DNA of 64,000 nucleotides from Candidatus Saccharimonadota bacterium (GTDB taxonomy: Bacteria > Patescibacteriota > Saccharimonadia > CAILAD01 > GCA-016700035), in NCBI GenBank assembly GCA_046350755.1, contig JAXLZV010000001.1, forward strand, positions 11,510 through 75,509, written 5' to 3'. Of this stretch, positions 1-9,268 are shown piece after piece (within the stretch, counting starts at the first letter, position 1; each line of letters opens with the position of its first letter). The translations under genes were made by a program, and so were the position numbers. The notes under the pieces were generated by a model that saw only the letters and a list, made by a program, of their open reading frames with translations, was not told the DNA's origin and searched no databases.

Positions 1-1997
1 GAGATGTCGTGCGGTTGAAAGCCGGTGACCAACTACCCGGGGATGGCAAACTCACGCAGGCGACCGCTTTGGAGCTTAACGAGGCTTTCTTGACTGGCGA
101 GTCAGTTCCGATCGGAAAAATAGTTGGCGCTGAGGCCTATGCAGCTAGCTTTGTAACGGCTGGGTCAGGTGAGTTGCAGATAGATAAGTTGGGGGAGCAG
201 ACTCGAATCGGGGCTTTAGCGGCTAGTGTCAAGCGACTGAATTTTCGAACTACGCCGATTCAGCGAACGATCGGCATAATTATTACGGTTTTGAGCTGGC
301 TGTTTGTCGTCATGGCGCTGGCGCTGGTCGCTCGAGGTAGTTCAGCTGGTGAAACCCCAGCTACTTTGGCGCGTGAGGTCGCCGCGATTGCCGCCACTAT
401 CGTGCCTGAGGGGTTAGTGCTGGCGGTAACCTTGCTATTTACCTACGGCGCAGTTCAGCTATATCGTTCAAGATTACTTGTCCAGCGAACCAGTGCGGTT
501 GAGTCGCTCGCCCGGATTCAGATTTTATGTCTTGATAAGACTGGTACGCTCACCGAGGATCGTTTGGTAGTAAATAGTATAGTCCCGGTAGCAAAAACCC
601 AGACAGCGACGGTCGAAAAGTATTTGGGGCACTATCTAGCTCTCACTGACCCAGATTCAGATCTTGCTGCAGCCTTGATTCGTCATATGGGTAAGTTGCC
701 AGCCGCCCAAGGTGAGAGCCTAGTGGGCTTTAGTAGTGAGCGAAAATGGGGCGCAGTACGGATTGGTCGTCGGCAGATCGTGGTTGGTGCGCCAGATATT
801 TTGGCAGATTTCGCGACGAAAACTGATGCGCAATGGGTTCAGGCGCAAAACCAGCAGGCAGCTCAAGCCGGAAACCGGGTGCTTTTGATAGCCGAGGCTA
901 GCCTCGACGGCAAAGTCGCGCTGAGGCACCTAAAGCCAGTTGGTATCGTGCGTTTTGAGCAGCCCATCAAAGCATCGGCCGCTGATGTTGTGAAGTTTTT
1001 TCACCAGCGAGACGTTCGTCTAGTGGTGATCTCCGGTGATCAGGCACCGACAGTACTCGCCATTGCCCGTCAATTGCAGTTAGCTGATACTGACACCAAG
1101 GCGATCGACGGTAAGCAACTGGCAAAATTCTCAACCCACCAGCGAGCCGCCTGTGTTGCTGAGCATTCAATCTTTGCGCGTGTCACACCACAGGAAAAAG
1201 CTCAACTGGTCCGAGATTTTCGCCAGCTCGGCTATACGGCCATGACCGGCGACGGCGCGAATGACGCCCTGGCCTTAAAGGCGGCTGATGTCGGTATTAG
1301 CATGTTCGCGGCGGCCGATATTACGCGGCGAGTGGCGGATATTGTATTGGTCAAAAATGCTTTTACCGATATCCCGGATGGAGTAGGGGCAGCTGATCGG
1401 ATTATTACCAATATCGAATTGGTTGGATCGGTTTTTTTGCACAAGGTCACGATTGGCTTGACCTTAATTGGGGTGGCGCTGGCTACCGGTACCGGCTATG
1501 TCTTCTCGCCGCGGACGATTACGATTTTGAATTACTTTTTAATTGGTTTACCACTTTTCTTATGGGTCTTAAGCCCGAGGCTGCGCGAGCGTCAGCCGCA
1601 TGAGCCGGGTTATTGGGCGCAAATCACCCCGTTACTAGTAAGTAATGGCTTGGTGGCGATGATGGTCAGTGTCGGAGCTAGCCTATGGGCGCTTGGCCAG
1701 GGGATTGATATTGGTATGGTCGTATTTTTAACGACCTTGATACTCGGAGTGAACATGGTCTTTTTGGCGCCCTACGCATTGCGTGTCGAGCCAGATCAGC
1801 ATCCACGCCGTACATACGGTGTGGTGGGGGCTATGTTGGTTGGTCTGGGGCTGGTACTACTCATTGAGCCACTCCGAGCATTCTTTGGCTTACAGGCATT
1901 TGATTGGAGTTGGTTTGGAGTGGGCTTTGTTTGGGGCAGCATAGGTGTGGCTTTGGCCTGGTCGGTGCAGTGGTGGCGACTACGTCTCAGGCCGTGA
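1..1997 (+). CDS. Cation-transporting P-type ATPase (CtpE-like), 5'-truncated by the window edge
   Basis: TGES, PEGL, DKTGTLT, ISGD, MTGDGANDALA motifs and C-terminal TM helices. The frame is open to the window start and the first two TM helices are missing. Confidence 0.9.
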   Translation, partial: DVVRLKAGDQLPGDGKLTQATALELNEAFLTGESVPIGKIVGAEAYAASFVTAGSGELQIDKLGEQTRIGALAASVKRLNFRTTPIQRTIGIIITVLSWLFVVMALALVARGSSAGETPATLAREVAAIAATIVPEGLVLAVTLLFTYGAVQLYRSRLLVQRTSAVESLARIQILCLDKTGTLTEDRLVVNSIVPVAKTQTATVEKYLGHYLALTDPDSDLAAALIRHMGKLPAAQGESLVGFSSERKWGAVRIGRRQIVVGAPDILADFATKTDAQWVQAQNQQAAQAGNRVLLIAEASLDGKVALRHLKPVGIVRFEQPIKASAADVVKFFHQRDVRLVVISGDQAPTVLAIARQLQLADTDTKAIDGKQLAKFSTHQRAACVAEHSIFARVTPQEKAQLVRDFRQLGYTAMTGDGANDALALKAADVGISMFAAADITRRVADIVLVKNAFTDIPDGVGAADRIITNIELVGSVFLHKVTIGLTLIGVALATGTGYVFSPRTITILNYFLIGLPLFLWVLSPRLRERQPHEPGYWAQITPLLVSNGLVAMMVSVGASLWALGQGIDIGMVVFLTTLILGVNMVFLAPYALRVEPDQHPRRTYGVVGAMLVGLGLVLLIEPLRAFFGLQAFDWSWFGVGFVWGSIGVALAWSVQWWRLRLRP

Positions 1998-2038
1998 GGC
2001 TGTACGTCTCGCTGTTTAATGGTTAAAATCAAGCACAG

Positions 2039-3109
2039 ATGAAACTTCTTACGCGCTTTTTGACATTCGTATTGTCGCTACTCTTGAGTGGCCTTATCAT
2101 TGCGTGGTCAACCTTAACCGTGCTCGGCTCCGCTACCACGGTTAATGGCATACTGATGCGTACAAAGGTATATGATCTGGCAGCTGAACAAACTCGTACT
2201 AGTTTGCAAAACCAGCCCAATATTCCAGCCCAATATAAAACAGTATTTGCCACCGCGCTCAATAACGCCCTGACGGCCGAGACGATGCAGGCTGTTATTC
2301 AGCCGCTGCTAGTCGATATGATTGGGTGGCTAAATCAACCTGGAGAGACTCCGCCACCGCGGCTGGTAGTTAATCTGTCTCCGGTCAGGTCGGCACTAGT
2401 GACCTCTGTCCAAAAGCTAGGGTTGTCTCCAGTTGAGCTGCTGGTGGTCGAGGCTCAAATTAATCAACAGCTACCTGATCAACTCGATATTGCTCAGGCG
2501 GCGAGTATTGGTAGTGGTGGGGCTTTGGCAATTAGCCCATCACCAGCTCCAGTGGCGCCAGAAAATCAGTACATGGCGTCGCTTCGACAAATAAAGGCCG
2601 TCTATACCTCAACCCGGACATTTGCCTACTTTGGATTGGCGGCGCTTGTCTTATTAACCATTCTGGTAGTGTTTTTGTCTCGACATGAGGGCCGGGGCAT
2701 GATGCGCCGTCCGGCCTGGGTATTTTTGAACGCCGGTATATTGGTAAGCGTGTTGTGGATCGCGGTGCAGTATTTTACCCGTGATGCATCACTTGGCAGC
2801 GTACAGGGTGCCCAGGCTGCCTCGACGGTCGGGCTCTTGTTGGCCCGCGAGGTGGTGGCTATAACGATTTGGTATGGTTTAGCCAGTATAGTGGCTGGAG
2901 GCGTGCTCTATGGTTTGTCGTTTTTTATTCACAAACTACCACCGACGACCCCAGGTGCGAAACGCTTAGCGCCACAGCCACCAACCACTCCAGTCCAGCC
3001 GCCAGCAACGAAGCTGGCTGTATCGCCCGCTGCGCAGATACAACCTACAACAGCTCCGTCCGACCCTTCCAGCGCGGCTTCACCAGCTCATACTGAATCA
3101 GTGAAGTGA
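2039..3109 (+). CDS. Hypothetical membrane protein
   Basis: N-terminal TM, soluble domain, three further TM helices, Pro/Thr-rich tail. The 3' end overlaps the convergent gene by 65 nt. Confidence 0.75.
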   Translation: MKLLTRFLTFVLSLLLSGLIIAWSTLTVLGSATTVNGILMRTKVYDLAAEQTRTSLQNQPNIPAQYKTVFATALNNALTAETMQAVIQPLLVDMIGWLNQPGETPPPRLVVNLSPVRSALVTSVQKLGLSPVELLVVEAQINQQLPDQLDIAQAASIGSGGALAISPSPAPVAPENQYMASLRQIKAVYTSTRTFAYFGLAALVLLTILVVFLSRHEGRGMMRRPAWVFLNAGILVSVLWIAVQYFTRDASLGSVQGAQAASTVGLLLAREVVAITIWYGLASIVAGGVLYGLSFFIHKLPPTTPGAKRLAPQPPTTPVQPPATKLAVSPAAQIQPTTAPSDPSSAASPAHTESVK

Positions 3110-5132
3110 ACAGTAGTCCCATGACAACGATATTGGTGATTGGCGCGAGGAGCTGAGCGAAAATATTTTGGCGCGCCTCGAGGGCGATAATGATGCGAGT
3201 GACGTAGGCAGCCGCCAAGGCGATGGCGACTTGCAAGAGATGAATTCTTGATCCTTCAAGAATATCCAGCCCCAAGATTACCACTGGTGCTGTGAAGATG
3301 AAGAGACCGCCAAGTACCAGAAAAATTGTCAGCGGGAAGTGAAAACGTAGGGCTGGGTAGTAACGTTGTATGTCATCTTCAATGATCGCGCGTAAACCGA
3401 GATGGTTTTGACTGGTGGCAACATCGGATGCCCGATACAGCTTAGCCTTCAGGCCTTGTAGGCGAGAACGATGGAACAGCTCTTGATCCTCGAGAGGGCT
3501 GGCTTTAACCGAAGCAAAGCCCTTAAGATCCCGAACTTTTGGTACATCGAAGGCAATGATGCCACCGTGGGCGGTTGAGCGCTCAGGAGCATGTTCTTGG
3601 AGGTAGGCGCCGGGGTAGGCGGCCAGCATCAGGTATTGGTTATGGCTGAGAATAGCTTTTTGGGCGAAGGATTTATTTTGATCAGACGGTAGCAGGGAAA
3701 GAAAATCAAGCTTTTCAGTTTCCATGATCGAAGCGATTTGGGCCAGGGCATTAGGCATCAGCACGGTGTCGGCTGAGACGAGCACAGCATAGTCACCAGT
3801 CGCTTGCTTCAGTAGCTGGTCGGCAGCCCAGGCATTAATGCCCCAGCCGGCTTGAATAGGGTCAATCTTGACTATTTTGAGGTGTTTATCGGTGTAGGTT
3901 GAAGCGATTTTGGCCGTATTGTCATCACTTCCAAGATCAGTAAATAGAATCTCGTAATCAGGGTAGTTTTGGCCGAGGGCCGCGAGCAGCGTCGACGAAA
4001 TATTCTCCGCTTGATTGTAGGCATGGATAAGGATTGAAATCCGTGGCCATTCATCGAGGCGTTGCGTTTTTGGCCGACGAAAGACTGCAAAATTGTAGGC
4101 GATCAAAAAGAGCTGGGCGAAAGCGAAGAGTGTACAAAAAGTCAGAATGTAGTCGAGTCGACTTGGCCCCAGCTGGAAGGGATCGAGGACAAACAGCATC
4201 AGTTGGGTAATCCAGAAGCCGATAACACCATTCAGCCACATAAAATTCGTCCAGGCACGCCGAAACTTGGGTGATTGGGCGTCAGACGTGTATTTCATAA
4301 ACGCGCCGGCGTTGAGGGCGTATAGACCAATGAGCAGGCCGGCTAGCAGCGAAGATGGCAAGGCGACGATTCCCGTTACGACTGCCGCGAGAATATAGAG
4401 CCAAAAGCTGAACCGAATCGTTCGACGTGTGCCCCACTGGGTAGCGATGGAGCGAATCTTGCCCGCTCGGTCGGGGATGATGTCTTGAATCGCTCCCATG
4501 GCGTGGCTGGCCATGCCCCAGGCCATGAAAGCGATGACGATTAGCCAGTTGATCGCTCCTGCTGGACTCACCAAGTAGCCGAAGATGACTGGGGCGACGA
4601 AGTGGCAGGCAGAATTAATCGAATCGAGTAGTGGTATTTCTTTGAAGCGCAAGCCTTTTACTGAGTATGACAGAGCTAGGAAAACAGTCACCGCTAAAGC
4701 AATTTGCCCAGTGAGGCTGATGAGACTGCCGAGCCAAACCAGCGCCAGGATATTTGTGACCCAGATGGCAATCCAAAGGATACTGCGCTGATTGGGCGCC
4801 ACGATCGAGCCTTCAACACCTCCCTTACGCGGATTCTTGAGGTCGGATTCATAGTCATAGATGTCGTTGACGCCATAGACGAGGAGGTTATAGGGCAGGA
4901 GGAAATATACCAGCCCAGCCCAAAATATTTGGTCGAACTGCCCACCACTGATCAAGTAGACGACTACGAAGGGAAAGGCGGTATTGATCCAGCTGACGGG
5001 TCGACTAGCCGCGAGAACGGCGCGGAGTTGAGCGCCGAGGCCGGGTTTTGCGCTTTGGGCTTTGGGCTTTGGGCGTGACTCGGCTTGATGGGGATGACGT
5101 TGGGTCGGTTGATGATGTGATTGGTTTGGCAT
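3045..5132 (-). CDS. crtEb: Fusion of UbiA-family lycopene elongase (CrtEb/LyeJ-like) and a C-terminal GT2-like domain
   Basis: SRPVSWINTAFPF, YGVNDIYDYESDLKNPRKGGVEG, LRFKEIPLLDS and AIQDIIPDR match actinobacterial CrtEb. The C-terminal half has a GT2 pattern ending in WKGR. AGGAG precedes the ATG. Confidence 0.85.
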   Translation of the reverse strand: MPNQSHHQPTQRHPHQAESRPKPKAQSAKPGLGAQLRAVLAASRPVSWINTAFPFVVVYLISGGQFDQIFWAGLVYFLLPYNLLVYGVNDIYDYESDLKNPRKGGVEGSIVAPNQRSILWIAIWVTNILALVWLGSLISLTGQIALAVTVFLALSYSVKGLRFKEIPLLDSINSACHFVAPVIFGYLVSPAGAINWLIVIAFMAWGMASHAMGAIQDIIPDRAGKIRSIATQWGTRRTIRFSFWLYILAAVVTGIVALPSSLLAGLLIGLYALNAGAFMKYTSDAQSPKFRRAWTNFMWLNGVIGFWITQLMLFVLDPFQLGPSRLDYILTFCTLFAFAQLFLIAYNFAVFRRPKTQRLDEWPRISILIHAYNQAENISSTLLAALGQNYPDYEILFTDLGSDDNTAKIASTYTDKHLKIVKIDPIQAGWGINAWAADQLLKQATGDYAVLVSADTVLMPNALAQIASIMETEKLDFLSLLPSDQNKSFAQKAILSHNQYLMLAAYPGAYLQEHAPERSTAHGGIIAFDVPKVRDLKGFASVKASPLEDQELFHRSRLQGLKAKLYRASDVATSQNHLGLRAIIEDDIQRYYPALRFHFPLTIFLVLGGLFIFTAPVVILGLDILEGSRIHLLQVAIALAAAYVTRIIIALEARQNIFAQLLAPITNIVVMGLLFTSLIQYELVKPRWKGRTELL

Positions 5133-5427
5133 AGTGCTCCTGAAGTTTTTGCCACAGCAGTGGCGCTATGTACAATGCTACCACCAAGTAGGCGATATCT
5201 TCTATCGGCCACGAGACTATTTTGAATCCCAGTACTTTTTGCCAGTCATAGCGCACGATTGCCAGGCTAGTAAGGTAGGTATTAAAGATGACCATCGCGA
5301 AGTAGAGCAAGACGGCGAGGGCGAGACGGTGCTGGCTGTTATCGGCCCTAGGTAGCCAGCGAGTGGCTAGCAGCCAAGCTACTAGCATGAAGCCTAGGTT
5401 GAGTAATACATACGTGTATGACTTCAC
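5005..5427 (-). CDS. Heterodimeric lycopene/C50 carotenoid cyclase subunit (CrtYf/Yh/Yd-like)
   Basis: Small 3-TM protein with WPIEDIAY motif, inside the crt cluster. Confidence 0.8.
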   Translation of the reverse strand: MKSYTYVLLNLGFMLVAWLLATRWLPRADNSQHRLALAVLLYFAMVIFNTYLTSLAIVRYDWQKVLGFKIVSWPIEDIAYLVVALYIAPLLWQKLQEHYAKPITSSTDPTSSPSSRVTPKAQSPKRKTRPRRSTPRRSRG

Positions 5428-5804
5428 GGCTGAGCCCGCTTTTTTGTCTGCCGGACTTGAGTCAGGCGCTTGTGATAGACGCGGCGTAACCAGACGTCGG
5501 CTAGTAGGCAGCTATACACTAGAAGCGTCAAAAAGCCGACTTCTTCAATCGGGAGATTGGGCGTGGTGAGATTAAGACCGAGCGTAAAACGAGGATTTGT
5601 ATAAAAGATACCCAGGATAATGCCGGCAATATCCCAGATAAGAAAAAACCCGACCATTAGGCCTAAGGTGGCCAGTGTCGCTTGGCGAGCGCCGGGCCGG
5701 CTCGAAAAATAGACAAGCTTCCAGCGGTAGTCGGCCAGCGTCAGGCCGCTCAGACTCACGAGTAAGATCGCCGCGTATGCCCAATGTGAGTAGAGCCAGT
5801 TCAT
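5424..5804 (-). CDS. Heterodimeric lycopene/C50 carotenoid cyclase subunit (CrtYe/Yg/Yc-like)
   Basis: DYRWKL, FFLIWDIAGI..GIF and LPIEEVGFL motifs. Start re-assigned to the ATG at 5804 (MNWLY), because the longer ORF overlaps crtI. Confidence 0.85.
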   Translation of the reverse strand: MNWLYSHWAYAAILLVSLSGLTLADYRWKLVYFSSRPGARQATLATLGLMVGFFLIWDIAGIILGIFYTNPRFTLGLNLTTPNLPIEEVGFLTLLVYSCLLADVWLRRVYHKRLTQVRQTKKRAQP

Positions 5805-5811
5805 ATATCCA

Positions 5812-5821
5812 TAGTATACTA
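5812..5821. promoter_or_regulatory. Palindromic bidirectional -10 element (TAGTATACTA)
   Basis: Reads TATACT on both strands, 7 nt from the crtI ATG and 8 nt from the cyclase ATG. Confidence 0.7.
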
Positions 5822-5827
5822 GGTGAA

Positions 5828-7333
5828 ATGACACGAAAGAAACGCACTGCAATTGTGATTGGAGCTGGTATTGGTGGTTTGGCCACCGCTGCTCGCTTAG
5901 CAAAAGATGGTTGGCAGGTAACGCTGCTTGAGAAGGAGCCATTGATCGGCGGACGAGCCTATCGTCTCGATCAAGATGGTTATCGATTCGATACTGGTCC
6001 GACAATTTTAATGATGACTGATGTCTTGTATGATACCTTCAAATATTGTGGCAAGGACTTTGACGATTATATTTCGCTACAGCAACTTGAGCCCAACTAC
6101 CAAGTATTTTTCCCGGATGGGCAAAAAATCGAAGTCAGCTCGAATTTGCCGCGGTTTGCTAAGGAGCTGGCAAAGATTGATGAAAAGGCGCCGGAACAGT
6201 TTTATCGCTACTTTGCTGATGTGGCGAAGATATACCGGATAGCTCGCGGGCAATTTATTGATAAGAATTTTGATAAGCTGACTGATTTTATCGATATCAA
6301 AGCTGGTGCTCAACTCTTTAAAGGTCGTGGCCTGATGAAATTGTATAGTTTTGTGTCGCGCTACTTTACAGATCCGCGTTTGCGACAGTTATTTTCGTTT
6401 CAATCGATGTACTTGGGCGTGACTCCCTACGAAGCACCAGCGGTATACTCAGTGGTGAGTTATATGGAGACCGGTCTGGGGATTTGGTACCCCAAGGGCG
6501 GTATGCATGCCCTGCCACGTGCCTTTGGGAAGTTGTGCGAAGATCTTGGGGTTACCATCCGGACTGAGACACCAGTTGCTAGGATCGACATCGAAAATGG
6601 TCGGACGACCGGCGTGGTGCTGGAGGATGGCAGCCATCTCAAGAGTGATATTGTCATATCAAATGCTGATTTGACGTACAGCTATAAGAATCTGATTGCC
6701 CCCGAACATCGTCGGCGCTATCCCGATCGAAAAGTTGATGCCTTGAAGCAGGCCTCGAGCGCCATGTTATTTTACTGGGGAGTCGATGCTCCGCTCGATG
6801 GACTCCTGCATCACAATGTCTATTTTTCCGAAGATTTCAAACATAATCTTGAGGAAATATTTAAACAAAAAGTATTGCCTGACGACCCGGCCTTTTATGT
6901 CTATATTCCGACCAAGACTGATCCCGGCTTGGCACCGAAGGGCAAGCACGTCTTGTATATACTTGTGCCCGTGCCGAATCTCGATTCTCAGGTGGATTGG
7001 GAGAAAGCTGTACCTAAGGTTAAAGAACGCGTTCTGGAGCGGATGAAAACCGTGCTGGGTGCTGACGTGGCCAAAAAGATCGAGACTGAAGCCGTGTTTA
7101 CGCCTCAAGACTTTCTCACTCGCTTCAATCTGACCGATGGGTCGGCCTTTGGTCTGAGTCATTATTTCTTCCAGTCAGGCTACTTTCGCCCCCATAACGT
7201 CAGTCGGGACGTCAAAGGCCTGTACTTCGTCGGTGCCTCAACCTATCCCGGTAGTGGTGTACCAATGGTGACATTATCTGGTAAGCTGGTCGCAGAACGA
7301 ATTCAATCTGATGTCGAAGCTGGAACTATCTGA
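5828..7333 (+). CDS. crtI: Phytoene desaturase
   Basis: GAGIGG FAD motif, FDTGPT, YPKGGM, VGASTYPGSGVPMV. Start re-assigned to the ATG at 5828. Confidence 0.93.
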   Translation: MTRKKRTAIVIGAGIGGLATAARLAKDGWQVTLLEKEPLIGGRAYRLDQDGYRFDTGPTILMMTDVLYDTFKYCGKDFDDYISLQQLEPNYQVFFPDGQKIEVSSNLPRFAKELAKIDEKAPEQFYRYFADVAKIYRIARGQFIDKNFDKLTDFIDIKAGAQLFKGRGLMKLYSFVSRYFTDPRLRQLFSFQSMYLGVTPYEAPAVYSVVSYMETGLGIWYPKGGMHALPRAFGKLCEDLGVTIRTETPVARIDIENGRTTGVVLEDGSHLKSDIVISNADLTYSYKNLIAPEHRRRYPDRKVDALKQASSAMLFYWGVDAPLDGLLHHNVYFSEDFKHNLEEIFKQKVLPDDPAFYVYIPTKTDPGLAPKGKHVLYILVPVPNLDSQVDWEKAVPKVKERVLERMKTVLGADVAKKIETEAVFTPQDFLTRFNLTDGSAFGLSHYFFQSGYFRPHNVSRDVKGLYFVGASTYPGSGVPMVTLSGKLVAERIQSDVEAGTI

Positions 7334-8399
7334 CGAACTGAAACTAGCCATTGGTCGCATTAAGACCGATGTGGATCGCGAACTGGCGATTTTTTTTGAT
7401 GTGAAGATTGCTGAGGCCGGTAAACTTGATCCTCAGTACAAACGGCTTCTCCAAGAAATGAAGAAATTTGCCTTACGAGGCGGTAAGCGGCTACGACCGT
7501 TTATGGCTTGGCTAGGCTGGCAGATTGCTGGCGGCAAGAATTACGATCATTTTATTCAAACAGTGATGGCCTGGGAGCTGTATCACAACTTTGCCATCAT
7601 TCATGACGATATTATGGATAATGACGACACGCGTTATGGTGGCCCAAATATCAAGGGGGCTTATGAGCGGTTGTTTCGGCGCAGTCATTCGGCTGAGGTA
7701 GCTGATTTACACGCCCGTAATATGGCCTTACTAGCTGGCGATATTGCGGTTGGCTTGACCATCGAAGTCTTGCAGAACGCCCCTTATCCGCCAGAGATTA
7801 AAGAACGTCTGCAGCGCGATATGCTCAAGCTTCATTTTTCGTTGGCCGGGGGACAGATGCTTGATGATCTAGCGGTTATAACTCGTGATATGAATCTCGC
7901 CAAAATACGTAAAGTCTACCTCTATAAAACGGCCCGTTATAGCATGGTGGCGCCGATGCAGTCAGGCGCGATCCTGGCCGGGGCCAATGATACGATTCTC
8001 AATATTATTGAGCGCTATGGTGTCCACGCCGGCATCGCTTATCAGATTACCGATGATCTCTTAGGTATGTACGGCACGGCCAAAGAAATTGGTAAGCCGA
8101 CCATCACAGATCTTCGCGAAAAGAAGAAGACGATTCTGATGTACTACGGACTGCAGTTTGCAAACGCTGCTGACAAAGCCGTCTTGCTAGCTAAGTGGGG
8201 GAACCCGCGCGTGACTTCCAGTGATCTCAAGCTTGTTCGCAAGATTTTAAATGATAACGGCGCGAAGGCCAAGACTATCTTCCTGGCTCAAGCCGAAGCA
8301 GTCGCTGCGAAAAAAGCCATCGGTAAGTTGGCGATGCCTGGGGAGTTACCGAAACTGTTTGAAGACTTTACTGACTATTTGGTGAGTCGCAGCGCGTGA
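7311..8399 (+). CDS. crtE: Polyprenyl (GGPP) synthase, CrtE/IdsA-like
   Basis: GGKRLRP, HDDIMD, GQMLD, YKTARYS, QITDDLLG motifs. Confidence 0.88.
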   Translation: MSKLELSDELKLAIGRIKTDVDRELAIFFDVKIAEAGKLDPQYKRLLQEMKKFALRGGKRLRPFMAWLGWQIAGGKNYDHFIQTVMAWELYHNFAIIHDDIMDNDDTRYGGPNIKGAYERLFRRSHSAEVADLHARNMALLAGDIAVGLTIEVLQNAPYPPEIKERLQRDMLKLHFSLAGGQMLDDLAVITRDMNLAKIRKVYLYKTARYSMVAPMQSGAILAGANDTILNIIERYGVHAGIAYQITDDLLGMYGTAKEIGKPTITDLREKKKTILMYYGLQFANAADKAVLLAKWGNPRVTSSDLKLVRKILNDNGAKAKTIFLAQAEAVAAKKAIGKLAMPGELPKLFEDFTDYLVSRSA

Positions 8400-9244
8400 C
8401 CAGCCTGGCGCAGAGCTACCGTGCCTGTCGGCGAATTACCGCTCGCGCTAGCTCGACGTTCTATTTAGCCTCTTTGTTGTTTGATGCCCCGATTCGGCGC
8501 GATATTCAGGTATTGTATGCGTTTTGTCGGGTGGCGGATGATATCGTCGATGCCTCCAAGCATAGTGATGAGCAGAAGCGAGCTCAGTTGAAAGCCATGC
8601 AGCAAGCCATCGATACTCATCAGCAGTGCGAGGTCGAGCCAGAGATCTGGCCAGCTTTGTTTGCGATCCAGGCGAGATACCGACTGCCGAAGGCGCAGTT
8701 AAAAAATGTCCTTCGCGGAGTTGGTAGTGATATTGTTTTTACCCAGCCGAAGACACTAGCCCAACTCGATGAGTATAGCTACTATGTGGCGGGAGTGGTC
8801 GGCTTATTGTCGGCAAGGATCCTTGGCGCGCATAAAGCGAGTACCTATCGTGGTGCCCGCCAGCTGGGAATCGCCATGCAATATACGAATATTATCCGCG
8901 ATGTGGCGGCAGATCACGCCCTCGATCGGATTTATATTCCAAAATCAATTATGCGCGAGTACGGGGTAAAGCCGAGTATGCTCGATGAGTTTCCGCAGGC
9001 ACCAGAGCTGATAGCGGCCCTGGCGCGGTTAACGGAGCAGGCCGAAGGCTACTACGCCGAAGCTGAAGCAGCGATTCGTGATTTACCCGCCGGCTATCAA
9101 AAGCCGGTGCGAGTTGCGACGGCTTTATATCGAGGGGTTCTCGAACGCGTGAAGCAAAAGCGGTATACTGTATTAGATGGTCGCGTTCGACTCAATCGCC
9201 TCGATAAGCTGGCGGTAGTCTGGGACACCTATCGCGGCCGCTAA
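8396..9244 (+). CDS. crtB: Phytoene synthase
   Basis: STFYLAS, LYAFCRVADDIVD, YYVAGVVG, QYTNIIRDVAAD..RIYIP motifs. Confidence 0.92.
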   Translation: MTSLAQSYRACRRITARASSTFYLASLLFDAPIRRDIQVLYAFCRVADDIVDASKHSDEQKRAQLKAMQQAIDTHQQCEVEPEIWPALFAIQARYRLPKAQLKNVLRGVGSDIVFTQPKTLAQLDEYSYYVAGVVGLLSARILGAHKASTYRGARQLGIAMQYTNIIRDVAADHALDRIYIPKSIMREYGVKPSMLDEFPQAPELIAALARLTEQAEGYYAEAEAAIRDLPAGYQKPVRVATALYRGVLERVKQKRYTVLDGRVRLNRLDKLAVVWDTYRGR

Positions 9245-9268
9245 TATTTTTCGATTCACTTCACTTAC

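Noticed and set aside
5675-6005. ORF-track N-terminal extensions making crtI and the cyclase overlap head to head
   Set aside because: Family similarity begins at the ATGs at 5828 and 5804, which flank a shared -10 element.
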